A stretch of 52,156 nt of DNA from a virus (IMGVR_UViG_3300025120_000077:1-52156), one strand, 5' to 3'. Positions 29,881-39,026 are shown, numbered from the stretch's first letter. Numbers and translations: made by a program. Notes: generated by a model not told the origin, from the sequence alone.

Positions 29881-31119
29881 TCATAAGCTAAGTAAATCTT
29901 TTTTGAAATGATTAAGTGTGTAATCTTTCTTGCCGATTACAGCTTTATATATCTGATCTTCAATCCCGCCTTTGGCGAATATCCAGTAGACATTGTTGTT
30001 AAGCCTATCTTTGGTGGTCATGCGATCACGTGACTGCCAATAGCTTGTTGCACTAAAATCAATATTGTAGTATACCAAACAGTCAGCTTGTCTCAGACTT
30101 ATCCCTTCCCTGCCGCTTACAATCTGCAGGGCTATACTTTTATTTCCATTTACAAAGTCATCTAACTCGGTAGTAATGCTATCTTGGAATACCTTCTTCA
30201 ACGCTAGGAGCTCCTGTTTAAACTTATAAAATATTCCGATCTTTTTATTCTTAAAACTTTTATGGATAAACTTAGCCTTACTTAGGTCTAGTATCTGTGA
30301 TGATCCACTCTCAAACTTTACAGTGCCTGAGTATATTTGGTGTAGTTTCATCATTAGTTTTACTGGAGTATCTGCCAAGATCACCTCATCTTTACCCTGA
30401 ACGACAAGGTCACTCTTGAGTTTATTAGCTAGGTTATATGTAAATGGATTCATCTTAACGTGCATTACCTTCTCAGTAGTCTGCACTTTGAACCCAGCCT
30501 CTTTCTGACTATAAGACAAAAAGAAAGGTTGCATGGCATCCATAATACTTTTCTGACCCTTGGAGTAGTCACGGATACTAAGGCCGTTAATCATCCTCTG
30601 AGTTACATTAACGTGGTCATCACAAAAACGATAGAAGCTTTTATACCTTCTAAAGGGATTGCTAGGTATACCATAGACCTGGTGATACATCTGACTGTAT
30701 GATTCAGGGGTAGGTGTGCCAGATAAAAGAATAACCTTGGCATCGCTGTTCCATATGTGGTATTTAACATCCTTCGCGCGTTTGCTAGGCTTAGGAAATG
30801 CACCAATGCAATGAGCCTCATCTACAATTACTATATCGTATGTTCCTACGCCAGTCGTTTGCAGTTTATGTAGGCTTTCATAATTAATTATTGTTATATC
30901 AAAGTCAGGCACCAAGGTGTCGTAATCTTGTTGGATGGAGGAGATGGCTTTCTTTTTGGTAATAAACAACACGTTTTTCGCAGCTGTATTTGCACATATA
31001 CCTAGACTAGTAAAGGTTTTCCCTGTTCTCACTTCCATTGCTAAGTATACAAACCCATATTTTTTAAGTATATATGTGCCTTTTTGTATTATTTTAATTT
31101 GATAATCTCTAAACTTCAT
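29881..31119 (-). CDS. SNF2-like superfamily 2 helicase
   Basis: RTGKT Walker A variant, DEAH, LSGTP, GREGISL and QSRDR motifs. Confidence 0.85.
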   Translation of the reverse strand: MKFRDYQIKIIQKGTYILKKYGFVYLAMEVRTGKTFTSLGICANTAAKNVLFITKKKAISSIQQDYDTLVPDFDITIINYESLHKLQTTGVGTYDIVIVDEAHCIGAFPKPSKRAKDVKYHIWNSDAKVILLSGTPTPESYSQMYHQVYGIPSNPFRRYKSFYRFCDDHVNVTQRMINGLSIRDYSKGQKSIMDAMQPFFLSYSQKEAGFKVQTTEKVMHVKMNPFTYNLANKLKSDLVVQGKDEVILADTPVKLMMKLHQIYSGTVKFESGSSQILDLSKAKFIHKSFKNKKIGIFYKFKQELLALKKVFQDSITTELDDFVNGNKSIALQIVSGREGISLRQADCLVYYNIDFSATSYWQSRDRMTTKDRLNNNVYWIFAKGGIEDQIYKAVIGKKDYTLNHFKKDLLSL

Positions 31120-33530
31120 ATCAGCTTTGTTTGAATTTGCGCTTCGCTCCTTGGTTTCAGTCTAATCCATTTACCAGTCATATCTCTACCTACCTCAGCT
31201 TCTATTCCTTGTGTATATTTTGAATAAGATAACATCCAATTTTTAAATTTAAAATGAGATACAGAAAACTTGGATCCGCGAGCATAGTCAGGATATGAAT
31301 TAGTAAAATCATAATAGATTTCATTTAAATGTATTTTTTTGTTTACCACTAACAACGGATTTGGTTGACTAGTATCGGTTAATCCACACCACTCGCAGAA
31401 ATCCCCGTTGGTTTGCATTATCAATCTCTTCATTTCACCGTTTACAGACTCACTTAATATCAATCCTTCTTTTAAATAGAGCTGTAGATTTTTAATCATA
31501 TAGTTATCAAACTTGCACCAGTCCTTATCGTCCCACTCTTCACCAAATATAAACCTACCAAAGTCATCCATTGGAGTGTGCTTATCATTGTAATGAGATG
31601 CTAGTTCAAGCTCCCACCTTCGTCTTGCAAATGATGTGCCTGCACCCTTAATTGTATAATTAGTAGTGATCACCACTTTAGGAGATTTTGAGAATGGTAT
31701 TTTAATTGCGTCCTTGTTTTTCTTTTCTAGGGTCAACCCTTCGGTAACTACACTAAACAACCTCTCGAAATCAAAATATTTTTTTACATCGTCAAAGACA
31801 AGCACTTGGGTGTCAGCTGATACTAACTGATAAGGAAAAGACTTTTCAAATGTAAAAGATTTACCATCAATCATTACTACCTTCTTCATATGACCCACAG
31901 CTTGAAGCCATATACCTTTACCAGTCCCTCCGTTGGCCGTATCAGAAATATTCTCATCGTTTAGAATAACCGCGGGGCAATAGGACATATTTTTATGAGC
32001 GTGCATTAAATATCCAAGAGTTGACTCAAGCGTTACAATGCGATTATCATCTTTGTTTGCTATTTGTTTTACAAATAGTTTAAAATCATTATCAGATTGG
32101 TCACATGATTCATAAACCCTATTTATCACATGGTCTTTCCAGACATAACCATCTAACTCTAAATAGTCAATGGCCTCAATAGAATCCTTGGTGATTTTAA
32201 CTGCACAATTTTCATAGTATAGATAAGAAGTGTCTAAGGTGTCTTCAATAAAGTATATGTCAATAGTACTAAGTAAGGTCAAAAAATCTTCTTTAAATAG
32301 CCTAGTCTGTTCGGCAAAGTAATTATATATAGCCATATCTTCAAGGTCATGCAGATGATTGAGAATAAAATCTTTAATATCTTTTTCAGTGGTATGGTCA
32401 ATCAGGTTGTTTGTTACCTTGACAAAAACATAACTCTTTTGTCCTTCTGGGCAGAATTTAAAATATCCATTTGATTCTAAAAATCTTTTAAATATTAGCG
32501 GTATAGCTTTAACAATTCCTTTTTTACTGAGAGTCCAAAACTTCACAGAATTATTTTCTTCTGCTACTTGGATAACGGAGTCTATGACATCTGACGCCAA
32601 ACTTGACTCCTCTAAGTGTTGGCGAATTACTTTTTTTGATTCTCCTCTTCTTAATCTCTGTTGTATATCATCCAACTTATCTTCATCCTCATAGTATTTA
32701 GTGTTGAAGTTTTTGGTGTTTGCATAGGCTGATGTTATTGTCTTAGATATTTCAGTAGCATTAAAGTCACGGCTTTGATACTGAGTAATAACTAGCGTTG
32801 CCGTTGTAGATGAGATACCAAAGTCATTAAATGCCATCGCAAGTATAAATGCATTCTGATTGCGCTGACCCTCAGACATGGGATATTTTTTCTGCCACCA
32901 CTTTACTAGGATATCAACTATCTTATTTTCATCGGTAATAGGGATTGTGTTGATGCCACTCGTTGAGTTAACTTCTTTATATTGTTTGTCCTCAAACACC
33001 TCCCAGAGTAATGAGTTAACATTAATTTCAATCAATGGATCGTAAGACTCATAACAAACCCTGCTTAAGTTTTTTGATGTCTTATCAAAATAATTAGATT
33101 TAAAATGTTTTTCTAATGCAATAAAGTATCCTGTATGGTTCTCAGGAATAGCAGGTATCTTTACTAAAACCTTCAGCCCTTTACCTGATGGTGAAATAAA
33201 TACTGAGTATACATATTTGTTCTTTGCAAATTTAGTTTTGTCTGATAGTAACTCTTGCTTTTTTAAGTAGCCATCAAAGTCCAAACAGATCAGGCCACTA
33301 TGTTCAAGTAGCGACACGTCCGACCTCTTGTTAAACTTTCCACTAAAACATATTGATGGGAGTTGTTTTTTTAGCTCATTGCGTTTTGCCTTATTATTCT
33401 CAGAACGAATAGATTTTATTAAATCTTTTGACGCTCCTTCTTTGATTCTTTTTAATATAACGTCAACATCTCGGAAGAATGGAGAGGTCGTTGAGTTAAT
33501 ATCTTTAAAAATAGTGACGATTTTTGACAT
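31116..33530 (-). CDS. Primase-helicase (BT4734/VirE-N AEP-like domain, PriCT, SF3 helicase)
   Basis: KKQLPSICFSG, HSGLICLDFD, SPSGKGLK, GQRN, NGGTGKG, VFDD and ITTN motifs. Confidence 0.85.
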   Translation of the reverse strand: MSKIVTIFKDINSTTSPFFRDVDVILKRIKEGASKDLIKSIRSENNKAKRNELKKQLPSICFSGKFNKRSDVSLLEHSGLICLDFDGYLKKQELLSDKTKFAKNKYVYSVFISPSGKGLKVLVKIPAIPENHTGYFIALEKHFKSNYFDKTSKNLSRVCYESYDPLIEINVNSLLWEVFEDKQYKEVNSTSGINTIPITDENKIVDILVKWWQKKYPMSEGQRNQNAFILAMAFNDFGISSTTATLVITQYQSRDFNATEISKTITSAYANTKNFNTKYYEDEDKLDDIQQRLRRGESKKVIRQHLEESSLASDVIDSVIQVAEENNSVKFWTLSKKGIVKAIPLIFKRFLESNGYFKFCPEGQKSYVFVKVTNNLIDHTTEKDIKDFILNHLHDLEDMAIYNYFAEQTRLFKEDFLTLLSTIDIYFIEDTLDTSYLYYENCAVKITKDSIEAIDYLELDGYVWKDHVINRVYESCDQSDNDFKLFVKQIANKDDNRIVTLESTLGYLMHAHKNMSYCPAVILNDENISDTANGGTGKGIWLQAVGHMKKVVMIDGKSFTFEKSFPYQLVSADTQVLVFDDVKKYFDFERLFSVVTEGLTLEKKNKDAIKIPFSKSPKVVITTNYTIKGAGTSFARRRWELELASHYNDKHTPMDDFGRFIFGEEWDDKDWCKFDNYMIKNLQLYLKEGLILSESVNGEMKRLIMQTNGDFCEWCGLTDTSQPNPLLVVNKKIHLNEIYYDFTNSYPDYARGSKFSVSHFKFKNWMLSYSKYTQGIEAEVGRDMTGKWIRLKPRSEAQIQTKLI

Positions 33531-33691
33531 TGTGATGTTGGTTTTATGTTGGTTTTAGATTGCTTACCCTTTGACTACATTGCAAAGTGTTGAAAATGTT
33601 GGTTTTAAATATGATTCTGTATTTGAAAAAAGTAAATATAAATAAATATATATATATATAAGTATAGAAAAATAAAATTAACATTTGACAC

Positions 33692-33719
33692 AAAAAAAAG
33701 GGGGAGCATAACTCCCCCT
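33692..33719 (-). terminator. Rho-independent terminator after the SSB-like gene
   Basis: Minus strand reads AGGGGGAG-TTATG-CTCCCCCT followed by a T run. Confidence 0.8.
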
Positions 33720-33736
33720 AGTTTAGTTGGGGTTAC

Positions 33737-34012
33737 CTAAAATGGTAAATCAGGGTCAGCCTTCTCCACTTTGGGAGCTGGTGCAGGGGCAGGTGCATTG
33801 TCCTCTAGTGGCTTTACATAGGGTTCTTTTATGTTAAGAGATAACTTCTCGGCACCTGCTTGAGTTTTACCTTTCCAAGCCGAGATTTCCACTTCCTTAC
33901 CATCCATTGTGGTTCCAGTTCCTCTGTAGTCAGGTTGGTTGCTTCCATTCTTTTTGTTGGTATTAACAAATAAACTTCCTTTCCCGTTAGGGTGTACATA
34001 CTTTTCACTCAT
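33737..34012 (-). CDS. SSB-like protein (DUF736-type)
   Basis: GSLFVN...QPDYRG...EISAW motifs and C-terminal DLPF tail. Confidence 0.75.
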   Translation of the reverse strand: MSEKYVHPNGKGSLFVNTNKKNGSNQPDYRGTGTTMDGKEVEISAWKGKTQAGAEKLSLNIKEPYVKPLEDNAPAPAPAPKVEKADPDLPF

Positions 34013-34015
34013 AGT

Positions 34016-34855
34016 TTAAAATTTAAGATTATATATTACGTTTCTTATGTCTTCTTTCTTGTCTTTGCCATGATAGTGTTCATAGATTTGAACTGCAGAT
34101 TCTACCTTCTTTTTCCCCTCTAGCGCACTTTCCTCACTAACTGGGCAGACATAAATCTCATGGTAGATTTCTCCATTGTCACCATACTCTCTTGGGTTTT
34201 TGTCTATAGCTATAAACCACATCGGCTTATCAAATAACGTTTGATAGATATAGGCTTGGGTGTCATAGAAATACTTGTTCTTTCCTAGCCACACAAATTC
34301 CTGGTCGTTCTTTGCCGTTGTAGTTTTTAGGTCTATAATAATTCCTTGAGAGATGATGTCAGCCTTGGCTTTGAACGGATGACCAAATATCTCACCCACT
34401 ATTGGAACCTCATACTCAGCATCCTTGTCTGTTATAAGATCAGCCACTTGTTGCTTGGCTCCCTTATAGCCCTTAACGTTTAAGAGTTCGTCTCGGAGTT
34501 GCTCCATCAACACTGCCTCATGCTCTAACAACGCGCCAGATATGTTGCTCTCTTCAATAAATCTATTGTACTTTACCCCCCTTGTCTTGGTGTCACTAAA
34601 GATTGGAAAATCTTTTGCCTTGTTTGGCTCAAGAATCAACTGGTGGAAGTACCTGCCCTTTATAAAGTTCTCGTTGTCATCCTCAACCTTGCCAAACTGC
34701 TTGAATGTTTTTGGCTGGAGGTCTTGGATGTTTGAGTTGGAAAGCCATTGCCTTCCAAACTCTCCGTAATAATCCTCGTCATTACGGAGTCTGTCTATTA
34801 TTTGCTTATCACTAAGCTTCTTTTTGCTCATTCGTTTTTTGTTTATATTCTTCAA
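34016..34855 (-). CDS. RecE-like PD-(D/E)xK exonuclease (DUF3799-type)
   Basis: LSNS, GRYFHQLILEP, FKAKAD, IIDLKTT and YDTQAYIY motifs. Confidence 0.8.
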   Translation of the reverse strand: MKNINKKRMSKKKLSDKQIIDRLRNDEDYYGEFGRQWLSNSNIQDLQPKTFKQFGKVEDDNENFIKGRYFHQLILEPNKAKDFPIFSDTKTRGVKYNRFIEESNISGALLEHEAVLMEQLRDELLNVKGYKGAKQQVADLITDKDAEYEVPIVGEIFGHPFKAKADIISQGIIIDLKTTTAKNDQEFVWLGKNKYFYDTQAYIYQTLFDKPMWFIAIDKNPREYGDNGEIYHEIYVCPVSEESALEGKKKVESAVQIYEHYHGKDKKEDIRNVIYNLKF

Positions 34856-35408
34856 TTGTTAAATCATCATACGTTAATCTCAGCCAAGCTTCGATATCTT
34901 TCCACTCTTTATTAGCTTTTAGTAATCTTTGGATGGTAGGAATGTCATCTATGGGATCGCCAGTTGGAGGAGACCCTTTCTTCTTTTTAGGTATATCCAA
35001 TTTATTTACTGCCACAGGTTTTACTTCTTCACCATATGCATCAAGGTCTTTATCACTTACAATACCCAGTTGTGATGCCAATGAATATCTTTTTAAATAA
35101 CTAATCCCCGATCCAAAAGATTGGTAAAGATTTTGACCCTTCATCTCCACTAAAGGAATATCTACCGAACCTGAGTCACTCTCCCCAGATTCAGCATGGA
35201 ATATTGTAGTAGTCAAACACGCTTGTCCAGTATCCTTATTGGATCCTAACTTTTGCGTGAACCCCAGTCCATGCTTTTTCATCAATGGATTAATTGTGTG
35301 AATAATTTTTGGTAGGTCAATGTATTTATAATTGAACCCATCGCTTTCTTTTAATAAGACAGGACATTCCTGTTGGAATCCTGCCAAGGCTTTGTAATAG
35401 TTTTTCAT
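34812..35408 (-). CDS. erf: ERF-family single-strand annealing protein
   Basis: YKYIDL...LMKKHGL and QSFGSGISYLKRYSL...DKDLD, the ERF signature. Confidence 0.85.
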   Translation of the reverse strand: MKNYYKALAGFQQECPVLLKESDGFNYKYIDLPKIIHTINPLMKKHGLGFTQKLGSNKDTGQACLTTTIFHAESGESDSGSVDIPLVEMKGQNLYQSFGSGISYLKRYSLASQLGIVSDKDLDAYGEEVKPVAVNKLDIPKKKKGSPPTGDPIDDIPTIQRLLKANKEWKDIEAWLRLTYDDLTIEEYKQKTNEQKEA

Positions 35409-35410
35409 AG

Positions 35411-36115
35411 TTAGGATATTCTATTTTTACCAGTTAATCTTCTATTGTAAGTGTCGACAAGTCCGTTGCGAGTATCTGTTACATTTGGATATACGCTAAC
35501 CTTATACCTTTGCAATGAACCGATCATTCTATTTAATTGAAAGTTGTCATTGTTCATAACGATTCCAATTAGAGGTAAAATAAACCTCCTTGTAAAGCCA
35601 TACATCGGAACATAAGGTTCTATCGCCACTACAATCTCCGTTAATCTTTTACCTTTTTCTATGTCTATTTTATACTCCCCATTTCTCATTCGAGTTGGCT
35701 TATACGCACCTTTACCATACATCTCTACTAAAGTGTTAGTGCCAATTCTTGTGTCGTTCTCTTCAAGTAATTGAACAAGCCTTATATAGTCAGCATTACC
35801 CTTGGAGGCGTAGTGATATATATAGTCTGTCAGCGACCATCCCTTTCTCACAACATTGGTAGTAATAACAGAATCCTCGTCTGTTCCTGGTTTAACTATA
35901 GCCTCGATGTCTAAGCCTAACTCTTGCAGTGCGACAAACCTATTCTGTCCATCAACAATTTGATAATTCTCGTTGACAATTATCTCTTGCAGTAAACCAT
36001 GCTCTTGAATGGACTCTTTAAGGTTGTTGACATGGGACTTGTTAACTTCACGATTGCTATGAAAAAATGAAAATAGATCATAGTTCTTGGTTCTAATAAA
36101 TTTTGGATTACTCAT
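35411..36115 (-). CDS. ParB/Srx N-terminal domain protein
   Basis: NREV..SHV..LKESIQEHGLLQEIIVN....IVDGQNR. Confidence 0.75.
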   Translation of the reverse strand: MSNPKFIRTKNYDLFSFFHSNREVNKSHVNNLKESIQEHGLLQEIIVNENYQIVDGQNRFVALQELGLDIEAIVKPGTDEDSVITTNVVRKGWSLTDYIYHYASKGNADYIRLVQLLEENDTRIGTNTLVEMYGKGAYKPTRMRNGEYKIDIEKGKRLTEIVVAIEPYVPMYGFTRRFILPLIGIVMNNDNFQLNRMIGSLQRYKVSVYPNVTDTRNGLVDTYNRRLTGKNRIS

Positions 36116-36498
36116 AATAGTTGGTTTAATTTTTGTGTTAATTTAAAATACTTTTTAAGAATCCCTGTGCGTCTTTCTTTTAATGCAGTCAGGGTCTTCT
36201 TGTTGTTTAAAATCTCAGGTATTCTTTTCTCTATTAGATCCAATCGATTCCTATACGACTGGAGTACTAAAGTGTAAACACCTTTTCGCCATCCCCCCTC
36301 AAATAATAAATACTCTTGGGCAGTAAGCTCTTCGTAATATTCCTTGCCTCGTGGGTTGAATATTTTAATCTCGCTTGTCTCATTGTAACACATGATCTGA
36401 ACACCATGCATCATCCGAGACTCATAACCCCTTCCATCTAAGTTGACAGAACTTGGGTCGTTCTTTGCTTGATCAAATATCTCCATAAGATTAGGCAT
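36112..36498 (-). CDS. Hypothetical protein
   Basis: 128-aa ORF translationally coupled within the operon. Confidence 0.6.
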   Translation of the reverse strand: MPNLMEIFDQAKNDPSSVNLDGRGYESRMMHGVQIMCYNETSEIKIFNPRGKEYYEELTAQEYLLFEGGWRKGVYTLVLQSYRNRLDLIEKRIPEILNNKKTLTALKERRTGILKKYFKLTQKLNQLL

Positions 36499-36790
36499 CT
36501 ACGATAGATAATTTCTGTAAGATAACTGTGTAGTCAGGATCATTGGCTATCTCTTTTTCAAAGGTAGACAACGCTTGAGGTACAGTATTAGAATAGCATA
36601 CATAACCATTCTCTTCCATGTACGTTTCAATTGCCTTGGTTGATAGGCCTCGATCCTTGCACAATTTGTACAAAAATTTTCTTGCATCAGAACCATCTCT
36701 CTTACGATTATTAGCAAAGAGCTGTTCCTTAGTAAACCCAGTATGCTTGAGAATGTTCTCCACAAACTGGTCAAAAATGTACTGCTTCAT
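36491..36790 (-). CDS. DnaA C-terminal-like HTH DNA-binding protein
   Basis: GFTKEQLFANNRKR..SDARKFLYKLC..RGLS..AI resembles the DnaA domain IV pattern. Confidence 0.55.
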   Translation of the reverse strand: MKQYIFDQFVENILKHTGFTKEQLFANNRKRDGSDARKFLYKLCKDRGLSTKAIETYMEENGYVCYSNTVPQALSTFEKEIANDPDYTVILQKLSIVDA

Positions 36791-36978
36791 TTGAATAGAT
36801 TTTTAAATAAAGGGTTAATGTTGAGGTCTGTGCTGATTGCACGACCTAAAGAGATCAAGTCATCAGAGGTAGCGATAGGCTTTAGCTTTCGCTCTCGTTC
36901 TGCTTTCTTGATAAACTCTTGGAATTGATACTCGTCATCAGCGAACGCATCAATGCATGGGTTGTTGGTTAAACGCAT
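36787..36978 (-). CDS. Hypothetical protein, first gene of the replication operon
   Basis: TAATCAA leader; overlaps the next start codon. Confidence 0.55.
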   Translation of the reverse strand: MRLTNNPCIDAFADDEYQFQEFIKKAERERKLKPIATSDDLISLGRAISTDLNINPLFKNLFK

Positions 36979-37093
36979 TTGATTAAGATTAAATTAAATT
37001 TTCATAAAGATAATATATTTTATTGATATAAGTTTAATAAAAGATGGGAAAATTGGGTGCAGTTGGGAAAAAACCCATGTTTTGTCTACCCGT

Positions 37094-37147
37094 TCCCCTA
37101 ATGGGAACTTTTGTCCCCTAATGGGAACTTTTGTCCCCTAATGGGAA
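37094..37147. repeat. 20-bp tandem repeat (2.7 copies) TCCCCTAATGGGAACTTTTG
   Basis: Exact copies at 37094 and 37114 and a partial copy at 37134; each contains the dyad TCCC-N5-GGGA. Confidence 0.95.
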
Positions 37148-37159
37148 AGTAATTTTTTT

Positions 37160-37167
37160 TACCTTTG
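37160..37167 (+). promoter_or_regulatory. -7 promoter box (TACCTTTG), near-leaderless
   Basis: TAnnTTTG ending 4 nt before the ATG at 37172. Confidence 0.55.
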
Positions 37168-37171
37168 CCAC

Positions 37172-37402
37172 ATGGCAGAAGCTTTCCTAAAAAATAACCT
37201 ATCAATCGTGCTATCTTTTTTGGTTGCAGTCTTTACTGCTGGTGGTATATTCGCTGAGTTTACTGCCATCAAGAATGAACTTACTATGGTGCATGAACGT
37301 CTTGACAAAAAAATTGTTGTTATAAATAAACTTGAAGATCGGATCCTTGATATTGAAAAACAATTGGAATACGAGCGAGGTTTTATTGACGCTACTAAAT
37401 AA
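37172..37402 (+). CDS. Small membrane protein (one TM segment + coiled coil)
   Basis: LSIVLSFLVAVFTAGGIF followed by a heptad-rich region. Confidence 0.6.
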   Translation: MAEAFLKNNLSIVLSFLVAVFTAGGIFAEFTAIKNELTMVHERLDKKIVVINKLEDRILDIEKQLEYERGFIDATK

Positions 37403-37430
37403 AAAAAGGAGAGACATCCCTGCCTCTCCT
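37401..37430 (-). terminator. Terminator ending the minus-strand early operon
   Basis: Minus strand reads AGGAGAGGCA-GGGA-TGTCTCTCCT followed by a T run. Confidence 0.75.
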
Positions 37431-37453
37431 CTTACTAACAAACAACAAAAAAA

Positions 37454-37681
37454 CTATTTCCTTGTGAACAGATACTCCTGCTGGAGTTGGTTCTTGGCTA
37501 ACTGCAATTCTTGGGTTAGCCTTTTTATTTCTTTTCTTAGAACAACGTTGCTCTGTTTTATAAAGTCAACGTTCATTGGATCGTTTACTACGGGGTCTAT
37601 TACTTTAATCATATTTAAGTTGGTTTTTAATTTTAAGTTGTTGTAGACTAAGATAAATAATTTGTCTGACTTTTTGATCAT
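37454..37681 (-). CDS. Hypothetical coiled-coil protein (true start may be MIKVID at 37612)
   Basis: ORF track; ends just before the terminator. Confidence 0.5.
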   Translation of the reverse strand: MIKKSDKLFILVYNNLKLKTNLNMIKVIDPVVNDPMNVDFIKQSNVVLRKEIKRLTQELQLAKNQLQQEYLFTRK

Positions 37682-37868
37682 TGATCACATAGTCTTTTCT
37701 TGCCAATGCTTTTTTATTTGCCCTTGCCAACTGCAATCTTAATTGCCTACATTTTTGGTCGTTCTTTATTAATTGATCCCATAGCTTATCGTGTCTGCTT
37801 TTTCTGAGTTTTCGTTGCTTAAGTCTTAGCTTTACAAATCTTATTATGTTTACAAATATTTTTTTCAT
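37605..37868 (-). CDS. Hypothetical basic protein
   Basis: Coupled to the upstream stop codon. Confidence 0.5.
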   Translation of the reverse strand: MKKIFVNIIRFVKLRLKQRKLRKSRHDKLWDQLIKNDQKCRQLRLQLARANKKALARKDYVINDQKVRQIIYLSLQQLKIKNQLKYD

Positions 37869-38119
37869 AGGTCTTTATTTACTTGGTTAATTATAAATTC
37901 ATACAAGTCATGACTGTTGACGTGTTCAATACTTAGCATCTCATTCGTGCCATTCTCTCGAAGAAATACAGTCTGTATACCTTTATCGTTTACTGTCGCC
38001 TCTACAAAAATATATAGGTTTACTCCTGCTCTTCGCCTATACTTCGTATGTACTACGAATGCGACATGGGTGATGTTGCCATACCCTTGTCGCTTTCCAA
38101 AGTTCTGCGTTATTCTCAT
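37865..38119 (-). CDS. Hypothetical protein
   Basis: Tightly packed in the operon. Confidence 0.55.
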   Translation of the reverse strand: MRITQNFGKRQGYGNITHVAFVVHTKYRRRAGVNLYIFVEATVNDKGIQTVFLRENGTNEMLSIEHVNSHDLYEFIINQVNKDL

Positions 38120-38120
38120 A

Positions 38121-38408
38121 TTAAAATCTATAATAAACTGTTAGTTCTTCATGCTTGATTTTCCGTACTGTGTACAGAAGCCTTGTGTCGTCATTTTGTA
38201 AGATGAAACAGTTAGGTGTATCGCTATGGTTAATAAACCCTCCCAGAGGAGTTCTAATAACCCCATACTGATCGTTTAATACATGGGTAATACCTAAGCA
38301 TACCCCTGCACCAATTTCATCGGTACAAAACAAACCTAACCCCTCGATATCACTTTGCTTTATTGTCAAGTGATCAGGCAGAGGTCGGTAGTTGTTCTTT
38401 TTAATCAT
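38121..38408 (-). CDS. Minimal SET-domain protein (lysine methyltransferase fold)
   Basis: SDIEGLGLF, FINHSDTPNC and EELTVYY, the SET motifs. Confidence 0.85.
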   Translation of the reverse strand: MIKKNNYRPLPDHLTIKQSDIEGLGLFCTDEIGAGVCLGITHVLNDQYGVIRTPLGGFINHSDTPNCFILQNDDTRLLYTVRKIKHEELTVYYRF

Positions 38409-38412
38409 ATGG

Positions 38413-38562
38413 TTAATTTGTTTTATGTTTGTTCATAATCAGTAAAAAGCCTTCTCGAAGAACTTTGTCCATTTTACAATTCTCTTCATAGTGTACCACT
38501 TTAATTTTTTGTATCCTACATCGACTTTCTAAATCTTTTAAATATTCCTCTAAATGCACCAT
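38413..38562 (-). CDS. Hypothetical small protein (MVHLEEYLKD...)
   Basis: Its ATG lies inside the 17-bp remnant of the mini-tRNA element. Confidence 0.4.
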   Translation of the reverse strand: MVHLEEYLKDLESRCRIQKIKVVHYEENCKMDKVLREGFLLIMNKHKTN

Positions 38563-38572
38563 GCTATCCTTT
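38556..38572. repeat. 17-bp direct repeat GCACCATGCTATCCTTT (second copy at 38995-39011)
   Basis: Exact match; corresponds to the 5' part of mini-tRNA element C. Confidence 0.9.
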
Positions 38573-38930
38573 AAAGTTCTGCTTCTAAATAACAAACGTT
38601 TTCTTTAGGGTTATCGTCAAAGTAGTCCTTAACTTGTTTCCCTAAACGATAGTCAGCGTACTCAGATAAATCTTCTTTTGTAACATTGTACTGTTTCTGA
38701 ATCTCATCATTGTAACCATTGTTTTCTTCAAACATTTTACTGACCCTTTCAATTGACCCCTTATCAATTGAATCCAGCTCCTTGACTATATCATCATAAC
38801 TATTTCTACTGATCTCATAATCAATATAGCCTCTTTCCACTTCTTCTGCACCAAATCTTGTGTGTGCATCGCTTGACTGTACTGCAAACATAAACTTTCC
38901 GTTTACATCGCCATTGTAATATCTTCCCAT
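38571..38930 (-). CDS. Hypothetical early protein (start MGRYYNGD)
   Basis: The ATG at 38930 has an A/C-rich leader; the track's longer start runs into the RNA element. Confidence 0.7.
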   Translation of the reverse strand: MGRYYNGDVNGKFMFAVQSSDAHTRFGAEEVERGYIDYEISRNSYDDIVKELDSIDKGSIERVSKMFEENNGYNDEIQKQYNVTKEDLSEYADYRLGKQVKDYFDDNPKENVCYLEAEL

Positions 38931-38951
38931 TTTAATGTTGGTTAAATTATT

Positions 38952-39008
38952 GAGCATTATTACTCGTGGATAGGGAGGAATCGAACCTCCCAACGCACCA
39001 TGCTATCC
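38952..39008 (-). ncRNA. Mini-tRNA-like element C plus 3' hairpin
   Basis: GGATA-GCATGGTGCGTT-GGGAGG-TTCGATT-CCTCCC-TATCC-AC-GAGTA-ATAA-TGCTC. Confidence 0.75.
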
Positions 39009-39026
39009 TTTCATTTTATTTTATTT

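Noticed and set aside
37094-37147. CRISPR mini-array
   Set aside because: The repeats are directly adjacent with no unique spacers, and there are no cas genes.
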